Shown here piece by piece: positions 29,485 to 42,550 of a DNA stretch of 64,000 bases (within the stretch, counting starts at the first letter, position 1; every line of letters begins with the position of its first letter). The notes below the pieces were generated by a model, which did no database searches, was not told the origin of the DNA, and saw nothing but the letters and a program-made list of their open reading frames with translations. Origin of the DNA: the human T2T-CHM13v2.0 reference genome, Homo sapiens; assembly GCF_009914755.1 (NCBI RefSeq), contig NC_060947.1; one strand, 5' to 3'. Made by a program: the position numbers and the translations under genes.

Positions 29485-29700
29485 TGGACTCTGGAGTCAG
29501 ACTGCCTGAGTTGGAAGCCAGGCTCTTCCAATTACTAGCTGTGAGGCTTTAGGCAAGTTGCTTCATCTCTCTGTGCCTCAATTTCCTTGACTAAACACTT
29601 GGGGGCAATAATTTAAAACCTAGAATAATTGTCAACAAAATTAAATGAGATAATACATGCAAAGCACTTAGTCTGGTGCATACAGTAAGCTCTTAATCAA
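29485..29700 (+). mobile_element. MIR SINE
   Basis: ggactctggagtcagactgcctgagtt...tactagctgtgaggctttaggcaagttgcttcatctctctgtgcctcaatttcc. Confidence 0.85.
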
Positions 29701-31449
29701 TTTTAGCTATTAAAATATACCAACAATTAAAAGTTCCAAAGGGCTAATGGCCTTAAGATAACAGAATGGATTGGAGAAGAAGGGGATGGTACAAATATGG
29801 GACGTGTAATGTTGGCAGAGAGATCGTTTCAGGGTAAAACAGTATCTGAGAAATTCCTTGACCATGGACAGATTAGGGTTATTTTCATAAAGTTTGAAGT
29901 CAGGAAAGAGAGAGAGAAATAAGAACATGTTGGAAGGAGGCAGGGAGATGATGGTTAATAGGGTGAAAGGAAAAGAAGTCCCGAAGTTGGAAAACAAATG
30001 CCCTATTTCAAGGCTGTGCTCGGGTCACAGCCCCATGCCTGGAGGCCATCTATTTGCCTTCTCTTCTGCTAGAGGAGCTGACCTTCCCCAAGCTGGCCAC
30101 AAAAATCCCCATAATGCCAGCTTACAAGGTAAAGTTTCCATGCTCTTCCATGCCTTCTTTCTCCCTTGAAAATAACAATAAATTTAAAAATCTGTAAGTT
30201 CCCTGTCAAGTTCTGGTCAAACACGTAGTTTCCCCTCCCCGCACCTGGGGAGGGGGGCGGTCCCAAGAGCCATGTGGCTAATCCCTATGGAGTCTCCAAG
30301 TGGCTAGCCTCCCACAGAGCCTTGCAACTAGTGAGCCCAATGATCTAGCCTGGATTGTTTTCCTGGCCTGGACTTGCCCTTTAGACAGGCTAAAACGGTC
30401 TTTGCCATTAGGGGCCACGGGGCATTTTCCCCCACACCCCACGTTCAGCAAATCGTATTGTTAAAAAAAAAAAAAAAGTTTTGACTTATGAACAGCTCTT
30501 CCCTTTAGCAAAGATTCTCTTCAGAGTTCCTTTAAATGTTGTATTTTTTGACTCCGTGTCTTATTTCTAAAAACTAAATGTGTATGTAAAAGTGTAATTT
30601 TCTGTTAACTAGTTCACCTGCCCTTCTCTAGTTAAGAAATGTTAATTTCAGACTCACATTTAGGAAGATTCAGTAGAGTTTTACTGATCATCCAGGAATT
30701 CTTAAAGTGTGTTTTAAAACGGTTTATTTTGTGTGGTAAAATTGTCAAGATTTGAATTATTGGAAAGTGTAATAGCTGAAAGTGTAATTTCAAATATGTA
30801 TCATATTTGAATTATCGAGAAAATTCGATCCAGCACACCCGGGTTTGTTTTTGGGGGAAGGTAGTGGTTGGTTTTCTCTGCAACCGTTAACAGAGAATTT
30901 TCTTTATTTAGCGAGACCCGGTTCCTCACACAGGCTGTGGCCATTACACAGCTCACTGAGACTTGAAAGTTAAGGAATGTAAAGAGGTCAAACTCTGGCA
31001 TTGAAACAGACAGGAAATAAACAAAATCTACCAATATGTAAAGATATTACAGAAATTAGAAGAATGAGTCAGAAATGGAGAGCTCTAGGTCAGTGGGAAG
31101 AATTATTCGTATAAATCTTCTTAGAAGAGGTAGGTAATTATTAATCAAAAAATAAAGAAAGAAACAGGAAACAAGTCCCCCCACATCGCTTTCCGACCCC
31201 GGAGTTAGGGTGCGCAGAATGCCGTCTGGGAGCTCCAGAGAAAGTAAGCAGTGTCGGGACATTTACTAAAGTGCTCTCTGCAGAGCATGAGTTTAGAATG
31301 CGGTTAGTTTATGCACCGACTCCCCTTCCCAGGAATGTTTCAAGGGGCTCTTTCTCAAAGCTGAATCACGTTTGTGAGATTCTTTTAAGCCATATGTCAG
31401 TCCCCCAGCGCTTTAAAGGAAAACGGAAGCAAACAACTTGGGCACTTGG

Positions 31450-33150
31450 AAAAGTTTTGCAATGAATGAGCGAATGAATGAAACCCGGCCGGAACGCTGG
31501 AGGCTGGAAGGGATGCAGGAATTTTCTCCGCGCGCTGCGAATACGGCATATGCAAAACTTAGGACCCAGGGCAGGCCGGGCTTTGGAGACGAGTCAGTCT
31601 TACTCAACCCTGCGCACCTGAGAACAGGTGCTGTTCTGAGTGAACGACTGGGACCTGGCACGAACTAGCCTGGGGCCAGAGGAGATAAGGCCTGCCGGGA
31701 GAAGAGTTCCCAGCGGCTCTGTCCATTCTGCTCTTGCCCTCGGCTAATGGCTTTGAAGGCCAAGCTGTGACAGCCCCGGGGCGTACTCGGTGCCTTCCTC
31801 TGTTCAAATAGGTGCTCGCCTAGGACTGATTCCCAACCCATGGCAAGTCATTTCCTTCTGTAACTCGGTAGGTCTTTGCAAGAAATGGAGCGATAAAATC
31901 AGAGGGACAGAAAGAGAAAACAGCCAACTAGAAAAGTCAGAAGTGTTTCTTGGGAAGTCTAGGGCGCGGGTTGTTTGGACTGTGGCAGGGCTGTGGGGCC
32001 CAGACTGGGAGCGGCGCGGAGCGAGACCGGTTTTCCGGGGCTGGCAGCTGCCTGGAAAAAGTTTCCTGTGGAACACTCGCCAGCGGGGGCGGGGGCAGGG
32101 GCGGCTGGCGCAGCAGTGGACGTGGGAGGGGGCAGGAGGGCCGGGGGAGGCCGCGAAGGGCCTGCTCGCAAACCGTTATAGTCCTTCAGCACCTCCCTCG
32201 GCCGGTGGCCCTCCTAGCCTGCCTCCCCGCCGGGCGGCTGCCCACCTGGCGACGTGACGCTGCACCAATCCCTTTCGAGCTGCTCCCGGGTCCCCTCTCC
32301 TTGCACCGCCCCCCTCCCCACCCTGAAAGAGGCGCACCCTGACGGGGCAGACACAGCGCTCTCGACACGGAGCACCCTTCTAGCTTCTTCGTCTCCAGGA
32401 CTGACGCTCAGGCTCCTCTCTCGCCTTAGCCCAACTTGCTTTCCCGCCTCGCAAACTCCGGTTTCCCTCCACTCCCAACTCTTTTCACTACACGTTTCCC
32501 CTCCTCTATCTCCCACGCCACGAACCCCGATCCCCAGACTCCTCTCTCCCGCCCTCCTCCTTCCTCTCTCCTCCCTTCAACTCTTCATCCGCTTCCACCT
32601 CAGACTCTGCGCGCACCCAATTCAGTCGCCCGCTCCCGTTCGGCTCCTCGAAGCCATGGCGGGACCTGGGGGCTGGAGGGACAGGGAGGTCACGGATCTG
32701 GGCCACCTGCCGGTGAGTAGAGGACGCCCGTCGCCCCCCGAAATGCTCTCTTTTGGCGGGTTCTGCGTACCAGAGGGAGGGAGCGGACGCCCTCAAAACG
32801 GGCTAGACCAGGACTTCGACGGGTCCCCCGGGCGCGGAAGGGGATCCTGGGAGCCGGCATGCGGAAAAGGCGCCCCCTGGGCACCGGGACCGCACCAAAC
32901 TCCAACGAAAGGCAAAGGCACGGGGCGGTGGGAAGGAGAGACAGAGAAAGAGATGGCAGTGGGGTGCTGCGGACCCTAAACAGCGGGGCATTTTAAATAT
33001 GTGACCCGCCTTGTCTAGCGGAGCTCCAGTACCTGTCCTAGCCCGCTCGTTCCAACAGAGGTCAAAAAGTGCAACGTCGGGTGGCTTCCTGAGAGTACTC
33101 CTCCTTCCTGTTATCCCGCCGCCCCATCGTTTGCTGCTTCTTTTGCCATG
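31450..33150 (+). promoter_or_regulatory. NRK: CpG-island promoter of NRK
   Basis: Sharp rise in GC and CpG content; GC boxes at 32085-32104; TGACG half-CRE at 32255; CCAAT at 32265-32269; no clear TATA box; spans exon 1. Confidence 0.85.
32656..32712 (+). CDS. NRK: NRK coding exon 1 (MAGPGGWRDREVTDLGHLP)
   Basis: Kozak gccATGg; 57 nt then donor CCG|gtgagt; peptide recognised as the NRK N-terminus; same exon size as paralogs MAP4K4/TNIK/MINK1. Confidence 0.95.
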
Positions 33151-35848
33151 GGAGATGCTTACTTGCGGGGTGACCTTTACTTTAGGTGACAGCGACTAGA
33201 AAATTAAGGCGTTTGAGTCCCACTTTTCTTATTTTCTAATACACTTTCTAAAACCTTATTCTTGCCAGGGCAATGTTCCTGATTTAGTGTTGTGAGAGTG
33301 AAAGAACTCGACGCCTTTTGGGGAAGGAGTGAATTCTGCACACTCGATTTTTTTTTTTTTTAATATTGTGTTCCTTACCCAACCAGATTTAGCTTTTTCT
33401 TGTGGTTTTCATTTGTGGGCTCATCTTTTCCCGAATGCCCAGCTTCCCTCTAGAGTTGTAATTGATTGGTAAGCTATTATCGCCGTCGTAATTAGTAGAC
33501 TTATTATTTTGGCAGCGCAGTTTATTTCATTGGCATCTGGTTTCTGGCTAATATTGGATCCCACCCAAATCCGTGTTTCAAGTTCCCTTTTTAGATTGGC
33601 ATTTCACTCGCACCCTGTCTTGAATGCAAAAGGCCCCTGGATTCTCCGAAAGGGAATAAGCAGGCACCGCGCTGGAATGATCACCAGGCAACTGTAGTTC
33701 AGGGCAGTGGCCTGCTTGCTTTGAAAAAAGCTAAATATTAACCTTAAGGTTATAGGACTATTCAAAGTCGATTGACTTAATTTTACACATATTTGGCATT
33801 TAAAGAATGTGTTTTTGATTATGACAGAAGCCTGCCTCCCTCAAAAATAGGGCATTCCCAAAGCCTTCCCTATATAATTTTACATTAGATGCTATATGTG
33901 GAGAGGTAAGGTGGTACACATGGGTAACATTTTACCAAATTGTTCTCTGCCATTTAAAAAAAATCAGTGCAAACTTGAATTACAGATATTAGTGTTGCAA
34001 TTATTTATGCAGCTTCATAAAATATGTCACAGAACTTTTTAAAATTAAATCTTTTCTCATTCTGCATGCACCCAGAATTTCTTCCTTTCAGTGTGCATAC
34101 ATGAGATTTCCGGAAAATGGAGGCCTCAATTGGTGGTTTCCTTTCTAAGCAGAACTTTCATATTCAGACTAGATTTGCACCCAAGTAAAAGTATAAAACC
34201 AAGGAATAAAATGTTACCCTTCCTCCAACATTCTCTGCCTATGATTGGGAAAAGAGAAAAAAAGCAAACTAGGGCAGATATGTGAAACTGTTGCGGGCAG
34301 GTGGGCAAACTGAAATAAACTCCCTTCTAAATATGACTAAATGGGTGAGTGGTAAAGACGTCATAGAAATGATAGGACAGGGAATTCCAAACCCAAGGAA
34401 AAAAAGAAGAAAAGGTTTTACTGCCACAAAAAAAAAAAAAAAAATGTGGGGAAATGGCCCAGACTACCTGACCCGGTCATGGCCCTGGGACATAAGAATT
34501 TGGTGGAGCCCAGGAGATAAGAGGAAAGTCTGCAGTCTTTACATTGCAGTTCAGTGGAATATTAGTTTCCTGGAGGTTGGTGGAGTGGGTGTGTGAGGAG
34601 CGTAGAAAGATAAGATTGGTTTTTAATGTAAGGGGAGTAGCGAGAAGATACAAAACTTCAGGACATTGATGCTTGGCCTCATTTTCCAGACTTAATGAAA
34701 GTCTCATAAAGTCCTCAGATTCTAACAATTTCTAAATTTTATACATTAGCCATTTTGTCTCATGTGTGGGTTTTCACTCTCTGAGCAAATTATGCATAAT
34801 TCTCCCCTGTCCTCAAACACCCTGATTCAAACCCTAAGAAATCTAGCAGAAGAGCAGTAGCATGCCCTTTAGAATTTTCTTTACTATCAAATTTTTAGTC
34901 ATGGAAAAGTTATTGTTGCTTTGGTCACTGAGTTATATTTTTCAGCGATTTGGGGTTTCTTTACATTTGATTTATTTTCTGACTTTTTGAAGAAATAAAA
35001 CCAAATGAAGAGGTGAAGAGACATCTTAATCACTTGTGTTGAAGTTTGCATTTTGATGCAAAGTAGAGTTGATAAAGCAAGTAAAGAAACCTTCATATGA
35101 TGGTATCCCTTGCAGTAATTATCCTCAATAGGACATATGTGGAGGTCAGAAAATTGCCATCTGTAAACACCAAGTATACCAATTTGGCAACAGCCAGACA
35201 ATGAGGGAAGATTCAAACATTGGAGTTGCAAACTGAGAAAAAACATTCAGAATGTGGAAGAATAAATAAATATGACTCTAGTTTAAGATTGATACATTAT
35301 GTCCTTTGCAGGCCTAGCCAGCTAAATGACCACAAGACAAAGACCCTTGAGGGAGGATAGACTTGCTTTACAAATTGAGAATTGAAGAAATTGGTAGGTT
35401 ATTTGGTATTTTTGTTATTAGATAGATATTATTTTTAAACCTAAAAGAGTAAACAGGAATGAAAGCTAGGAAACAAGAAACGGTGACAAAATTATATAAC
35501 TTTCAACATTAAAACATTCACTTTTATACAATGATATAACTTTTTCACGTAATGCACTAAAATCAGAGACAAAATAAGAGAGCCAATGTAATTACAATAG
35601 ATCAATTCCATTATGTTTGTTAATTAATGGGTTACTGTAATTTTCTGATTTTCTATTGAATAAATATTTTCTATAGGTGAAAAAACAAAAAAGGAAGTGC
35701 AGAGATTTGTGGTTTGTGTTTCCTTTCTGAAAAGAGAAGTACAAAGCTTTATGTCTTTATATATATCTTTGTAATATATGTGTGTATGTATATTCACCTT
35801 GCCCACCAGCAATACCTAGGGATGTGCGTGTATGCCTCTCTGTCTCCG

Positions 35849-35849
<1 letters not shown>

Positions 35850-35882
<33 letters not shown>

Positions 35883-36222
35883 CACATACACACACACACA
35901 TATATACATATATATGTTTGGGTGATATATATATATATGGTAAGATATATATATGATTATATATATATGGTAAGATATATATATGATCATATATATGTGA
36001 TAATATATTATCATATATATAATAATATGTGATAATATATTATCATATATAATATATATGATAATATATATTTCATATATAATATATATGAAATATATAT
36101 TATCATATATATAATAGATAATATATATTTCATATATATAATAGATAATATATAGTATATACATTATATATAATATATTATATATATTATCATATATATA
36201 ATATATATATAATATATATATA
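35850..36222. repeat. Compound (TC)n(TA)n(CA)n microsatellite followed by an AT-rich minisatellite
   Basis: Direct reading; repeated units such as ggtaagatatatatatgat and tgataatatattatca. Confidence 0.9.
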
Positions 36223-36729
36223 TTCCTAGTATGCCTGTGTCCTTGAGACTGGAAACTATTTCTTCCTCTCCAAATCTGTCATGTCTTTCACTATGACTAT
36301 CCCCTTTGCCTTCTGTGCCCAGTATGGTAATGACATTCCTCACGGCTGTGGCCTTGGTATTTGACACTGCCATGTGCAGTCCTAATCTATATTGGGGTCA
36401 GGATTAGACAGGCCTTGAGGGGACAGTAGTGGCAGAGGTTATCTGAAATAGCACATGATCCAAAAACTATATTTGAAATACATTAGGCTTATATTTAAAT
36501 ATAACTGCCAGCTCTACCCAGACCAGGCCTGCTATCCACATTTGGTCATGAGAAATTTCCCACTTTACCAAGTTCCTTAGCCCCCTGTTCAGAAGCAGTT
36601 TTACCTTCATTTCAGTTAACTATAATTGAAATATTCAGCATAATCCTCAATTACATATATATAGAGCATCACCTCTGCATAACACTGCACATCAGTTTAT
36701 TTTCTCAGTCTTTTTTCCAGTTTCTAGAG

Positions 36730-36913
36730 CAATGGTTTTCATATGGTAGTGCACAAGAACAGCGCACAAAAATCAAGAATAATTTGGAGATTTTGGGACC
36801 CATGATCAAAAATTCTGATATCGTAATTCCAAGGAATCTGTATTTTTAACAGTATTACCCAGATGATTCTCACGTAGCGAGAGTCTATACAGTCTACAGT
36901 TTGAGAAACACTG
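36730..36913. mobile_element. MER5B-like MITE
   Basis: caatggttttca ... aggaatctgtatttttaacag...ccagatgattct...tttgagaaacactg. Confidence 0.65.
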
Positions 36914-38869
36914 GGCTGGATGAAGAGATTTCCCCTTTAATGCCACCATGTAAATTGTGAAGCCCATTCCTCTGACTATCTCTGAAACTCACTCAGGCAC
37001 TCATCTTGCCATATCCATCCCTTTCATGTTCTCTCTCCATAAACTCTTTTCATAAAATTGCTGTTTCTAATATTACAAATAAAAGGAGGAAAGCCTCTGC
37101 TGTCTCCTTCAAGGTACTGTGCAGTCTCCTTCTTTTTGCAGCCTGACTGCTGGAGCGTGTTTCCTCACTCTCCTTTACTATCCTAAATTTGAAATTTCTT
37201 GCTACTCATGTTGACCATTTTTGGTTCCTTTTTCTCCTTAGTCTCTGCCATATTTGGTTCTGTGGATCAGCTTCTGCTTTGAAATTCTCTCCCTTGACCA
37301 GTTAACACTGCTTTCTATTGGCTCTTTTCCTTCCAGTTACTCCCATCCCTGGCTTTTATTAAAATTAGCCATCAAGATGGTCTTTCTTCCCTGCCCTTGA
37401 ATTCAGGAGACAGAAACGACTCCCCAGAATTTGAGATTTCAGTGGGCAGCCAGACTAGGACTTTTAAACTGCAGGAGATAATTTAGATGCATAGAAAGAG
37501 ATAACGAAAGTACAACAGGTTTGTCTAACAGTTTATGGTTCAAAAATGTTTTAAGACTTAGATTTTTAGTAATTTATTGTAAGACAAACTAGAAATTAGT
37601 TTCTTCTTTACTGACCATTTTGTATACCCAAATGGGACATCAAGACATACCAAACCCCCAAATAATCTCCAAATTGGTATAGCAGTCATAGATACGAACA
37701 TCTACCTTCTGGTTTTCTTATCTCAAGGTGGCAGGGCAGAGGAAAGGACCAAATAATTATGGAAACCCCTCTGACGTGGAACTTCTATTTTCACAGTGAC
37801 CAAAAAGATTGTTCCTTTCCAATTCTTCCTTCCTTGGAAACCCAGAATAAACTTGCTCTGACTGTAAGTGCAAAATATATGAGGAATTTGGCGTTGTTAA
37901 CCTAGTATTAAGCATAGTCCTTCTCCTCTTTTCCCCAATTTAACGTTTAGTCTTGAAAGAGAGTAGCATGGAGATGGGGAACAAAAATAGCATATAGAAC
38001 TAAAGAAAACAATATAGTCTTAGAATATATGAATACTAAGTTGAGCTGCCTTTAAGAGGAAATTTTTAAAATGTTCTTTTATTAAACATGAGTATGAAAG
38101 ATGGTTTGGTCATTCGAGAGCAGAAATCAAGTTTCCCAACATAGATATGAGGCCTCCATGAATTTTGACGGGCATTTTATTCTAGTCCATTTCCTTGGTG
38201 TCTTTTTTGAATAATTAGGTAACTGTATTCAAATCAGGGTAAAGTATTTATGTTATTGAGGACTAGAGAAAGGAATAAAGAAATTTAAGACTGTGCTCAA
38301 AGATTCAAAAATAAAGCTTGTACAGATGTTACAATAATTCTCTAATATATGGTATCTTTTCCAGCTAAAATGCAGCCTTAACTATAGCAAAGAATAGTTT
38401 ACCAATAGGAATCAGCTAACATGTTTGATTATTTTGACAGATGGCCAAAGACTGTTTCTCCAGAATTAACAATGTCTAAAATAAATCCCTCAATGATATC
38501 CATCACATAAATATGCTACAGTGATAAAGTCTTCAAGTCAGTCCCTAGTAACTTTTTTGTTGGCTTTTCTCTCATAAATCTTTCAATGAGTTATAACAAA
38601 AGTGATATGCTTAATAATAAGGGTAATATAATGATCTATTTTTACTTCTTAGATCCTAAAAATTATCATTTTAGATAAATTACATGTTCGTTGGGAGTAT
38701 ATTTCTGGAACTATTTCTTTGAAATGATAACTGTGTATTGTGATCTTAACTTTGATGATCATTTTGAAAAACTAAGCTGCTAGGCTGCTGCTTTATCTAA
38801 CAATGCTTTTATCAATTCAGTGGAAACATCTAGATTTTAGAATGACTGATAGACTATGATTTTTATCTG

Positions 38870-39020
38870 TAGAATTTTAGAGCTGGGAGATCACCTATCA
38901 CAAGACTTTTATTTTATGTATGTGAAAACTGAATCCCAGAGAGAGTAAATAACTTACCCAGAGTCATATAGTTAATTAATGGTAGAGCTGGGGCTAAAAT
39001 TCAAGTCTTCTGACTCTCTG
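38870..39020 (-). mobile_element. MIR SINE
   Basis: gaaaactgaatcccagagagagtaaataacttacccagagtcatatag...ggtagagctggg. Confidence 0.7.
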
Positions 39021-39695
39021 TCCAGTTGAATACTTATTGAATGATGTAATCCCAAAGCTGTGTCATTTTCCTATGACAGTTTTGCTAGATTACACAAATA
39101 TCACGGCAGTTTTAAGGAGTTTATAATTTCATTCATCTAAGTTGCATATGCTCAATAGTTTTCCTGTTTAGCTTATATTTATCACAGCAATAAAAATGTT
39201 TTCAAACAGGATTAAACAACGTTTGTGTATATAAAATAAACTTTCAATAAGGTATGTGAATTTCCAAGAATTTGCCAATGTTCTTACCACTTTGTGTATA
39301 AATTGGCATCTACTCATGCCTTATATAAGTTTTGCTAAAATAGCAAAATAGGCTGCTAGACTAAAAGTTCAAACAGTGATAAAATTCAAGAAACCATATT
39401 TTGTGGTGAACAATCAAGGAGTACCCATATTTAAAGGTAAGAAAACAATACTTGAAGATAAATATGGAAGCCTCATAACTCTATCCCAAAACATGTTATG
39501 TTTTGTTTCCTATGATGCCACATTTAGGGTTAAGCCACAGAAAACGTCACTTTGTGCCATGAACAGGTATTTAGCAGATGCAAAGTTTAACTTTTAAAAA
39601 ATTGTCTAATTTTCTTAAAATGATGCTCTTTTAATATCATGATCTTGCTTTGTTATTCATATTTAGTGATGGTATTTCTTTTTTAAGAGCTGTTA

Positions 39696-39771
39696 CAGGT
39701 TGGTGCAAAAGTAATTACGGTTTTGCCACTATTCTAATGCCAAAACCGCAGTTACTTTTGCATCAACCTAT
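39696..39771. mobile_element. MADE1 (Hsmar1-derived mariner MITE)
   Basis: aggttggtgcaaaagtaattacggttttgcca ... tgccaaaaccgcagttacttttgcatcaacct, inverted arms. Confidence 0.93.
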
Positions 39772-39871
39772 AATTCAAATAAGTAATCTAAACTTTGTAT
39801 CCAACATCTAGTCATCATTGTTGCATGTTAAATTTTCTGCTTGTCTAGTTATCACTCAAAAGAATAACATC

Positions 39872-40209
<338 letters not shown>

Positions 40210-40456
40210 TTATCTTTCTAATTACATCATTAATATGCCTCAGCCTTACATAATTGTGTGCATTTTACAGTTTTATGATAAATAATTACACGACTACTTA
40301 ATGTCCATACTGCTTATTCTTTTTTATGAATGAGTATAGTCAGTTCAAGGAGATTGTGACATGTCTATTATTTTGGTAAATGACATTTAGGTTCTTCCCA
40401 TGTAAATTTTAACAGAACAAGGCAGATTGGAAATACCACTTAAGATAGTTGAATGC

Positions 40457-40797
40457 AGCCATAAAAAAGGTAGAGTTCATGTCCTTTGTAGGGACATGGA
40501 TGAAGCTGGACACCATCATTCTCAGCAAACTATCACAAGGACAAAAAGCCAAATGCCACATGTTTTCACTCATAGGTGGGAATTGAACAATGAGAACACT
40601 TGGACACAGGAAGGGGAACATCACACACTGGGGACTGTTGTGTAGGGGGAGGGGGGAGGGATAACATTAGGAGATATACCTAATGTAAATGACGAGTTAA
40701 TGGGTGCAGCACACCAACATGGCACATGTATACATATGTAACAAATCTGCACGTTGTGCACATGTACCCTAGAACTTAAAGTATATATATTAAAAAA
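40457..40797 (+). mobile_element. 5'-truncated L1 (L1PA5-like 3' end)
   Basis: L1 3'UTR ending ccctagaacttaaagtata; perfect 15-bp TSD aagatagttgaatgc (40442-40456 and 40798-40812). Confidence 0.93.
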
Positions 40798-40862
40798 AAG
40801 ATAGTTGAATGCTCACCTAATTTCCTAAGAAGATTAACAATTTTTATTTTACTTTTTTGCAG

Positions 40863-40928
40863 GATCCAACTGGAATATTCTCACTAGATAAAACCATTGG
40901 CCTTGGTACTTATGGCAGAATCTATTTG
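40863..40928 (+). CDS. NRK: NRK coding exon 2 (DPTGIFSLDKTIGLGTYGRIYL), kinase subdomain I glycine-rich loop
   Basis: Acceptor ttttacttttttgcag|GAT; 66 nt in phase with exon 1; GxGxYG motif; donor TTG|gtaagt; homologous to MAP4K4 [22 protein letters not shown]. Confidence 0.95.
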
Positions 40929-41591
40929 GTAAGTTGACTTACATTATTTATTCATTCTTCATTTTCTAATGACAACAAAGATTGTGAGTCAGACACTGCA
41001 AATCACATAATGCCAAAATATGGCATTTCACTTTGAGAGAGAAATCAAATTAGATAGCCCAGTGACACCTGTAAGAATTACTGTTTATTATCACAAAAGT
41101 AATGGATTGGCTAATCTATAGTGTACCAACCAACCAAACATAACATCTAAAAATTAGCAGAAAATAAAGTCACCAATGGAAAATTGAAGTAATTCAAATA
41201 AGATATACCCAAATAAGATATCACTTGTCTTATAGTATACATCCATACCATTCTAAATACTCACATTCAACTGAAAACTGAATGTTATTAAAAGGAATGT
41301 TTTCATAACATTCTATATCATACTGTGTACTTGAGTGTGCACATGTGTGATAAAATTTTCTAAAGAATCTAACAAGAAAAAATCTGAATTTATTTAGTGA
41401 TTACTTATGGTAAACACTAAGTATGTGCAGATGCTGTGATAGTCTCTGGGAATAAAATGATGAACAAAGCAGATAAAGTCCCTTCTCTTTTGGGGCTTAT
41501 GGTTGAGAAATGTATGTGAGTAAGTATGTATATGTTATATGTGTTGGGTTTGTTGGGGGAGCCATACATTACATAAGTAAGCACACAAATA

Positions 41592-41918
41592 ACTGTATAC
41601 TTCTGTATCTGTGCGTTCCACATCCATGGATTCAACCAACATTGTATCAAAAATTAAAAAAATGCGTAATGTACAGACTTTTGTTCTTGTCATTATTCCC
41701 TAACCAATAAAGTGTAACAACTATTTATATAGCATTTACATTGAATTAAATGTTATAAGTAATCTAGTCATCACTTAAATTATACTGGAGGATATGCGTA
41801 AGTTATATGCAAAAAAAAATTACTGTGCCATTATATATCAGGGACTTGAGCATGCCCTGATTTTAGTGTTCACGGGAGGCCCTGAAACCAGTCCCCCACA
41901 GATACTGAAGGATGACTG
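41592..41918. mobile_element. MER2 (Tigger family) MITE inserted into an L2 remnant
   Basis: catccatggattcaaccaac, gtacagactttt...cttgtcattattcccta, gggacttgagcat, end gatactgaaggatgactg-ta. Confidence 0.85.
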
Positions 41919-42550
41919 TAATTGCAACTGTAATATAAGATCTGTAAGAAAATTCTTAGTGATGTAAAAGCATAAAGCAAGGGGGCTTAATTTAGATTGA
42001 AATGTCAGTGTTGATCTCCCACTCCCTGGAAAGGGAAAGTGACCGTTAAACTGATATCAGAAGGATAAATATGAGGTAACCAAGAAAAGGTGTGGTTGTG
42101 GAGGATGATGTTAATACATTCTAGGTGGAGGCATGGACAGTGTTAAGGGCTGGTTTGGGGATGGGGTGCTTTAGTAGCCATATCACACTGATCAGGTACC
42201 TTTCTATTCTCTAATATGGGGAACTGACATTTTCTCAATCTTGTGTAATGTTCTATATAATTGCAGTGTTCTTTTTCCCCAGGCCTGTTGCTCAAAAACC
42301 GGATTACTGTCCTTAGGCTGATCCTTACAGCAGACTGATCACAGGTCCTCCACATATAGGTTGTATAGAGGTGTCCTAGTATAAGCCCAGAGGAGAAGGG
42401 GCTTCTTTCTAGTTCAGAAAAGGGTGCCTTTTTTCTTGCCAAGTCTTGCAACTTTGGGACTACATCTACCCAGAGGGGCTTCTTTTCTTATTCATCTGCC
42501 CAGGTGGGAAAGGAGTATGCTTTTTAAACTTTGCACAACAGCTCCTATAG

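Noticed and set aside
32238-32255. CTCF-like motif gctgcccacctggcga
   Set aside because: Mismatch in the core GGC positions; too weak to call
31400-33200. Many overlapping ORFs on both strands, including the exon 1 read-through to 32979
   Set aside because: Expected in a GC-rich CpG island; only the segment up to the strong donor at 32713 matches a known protein
35757-36164. 135-aa Ile/Tyr ORF
   Set aside because: Artifact of the AT-rich repeat
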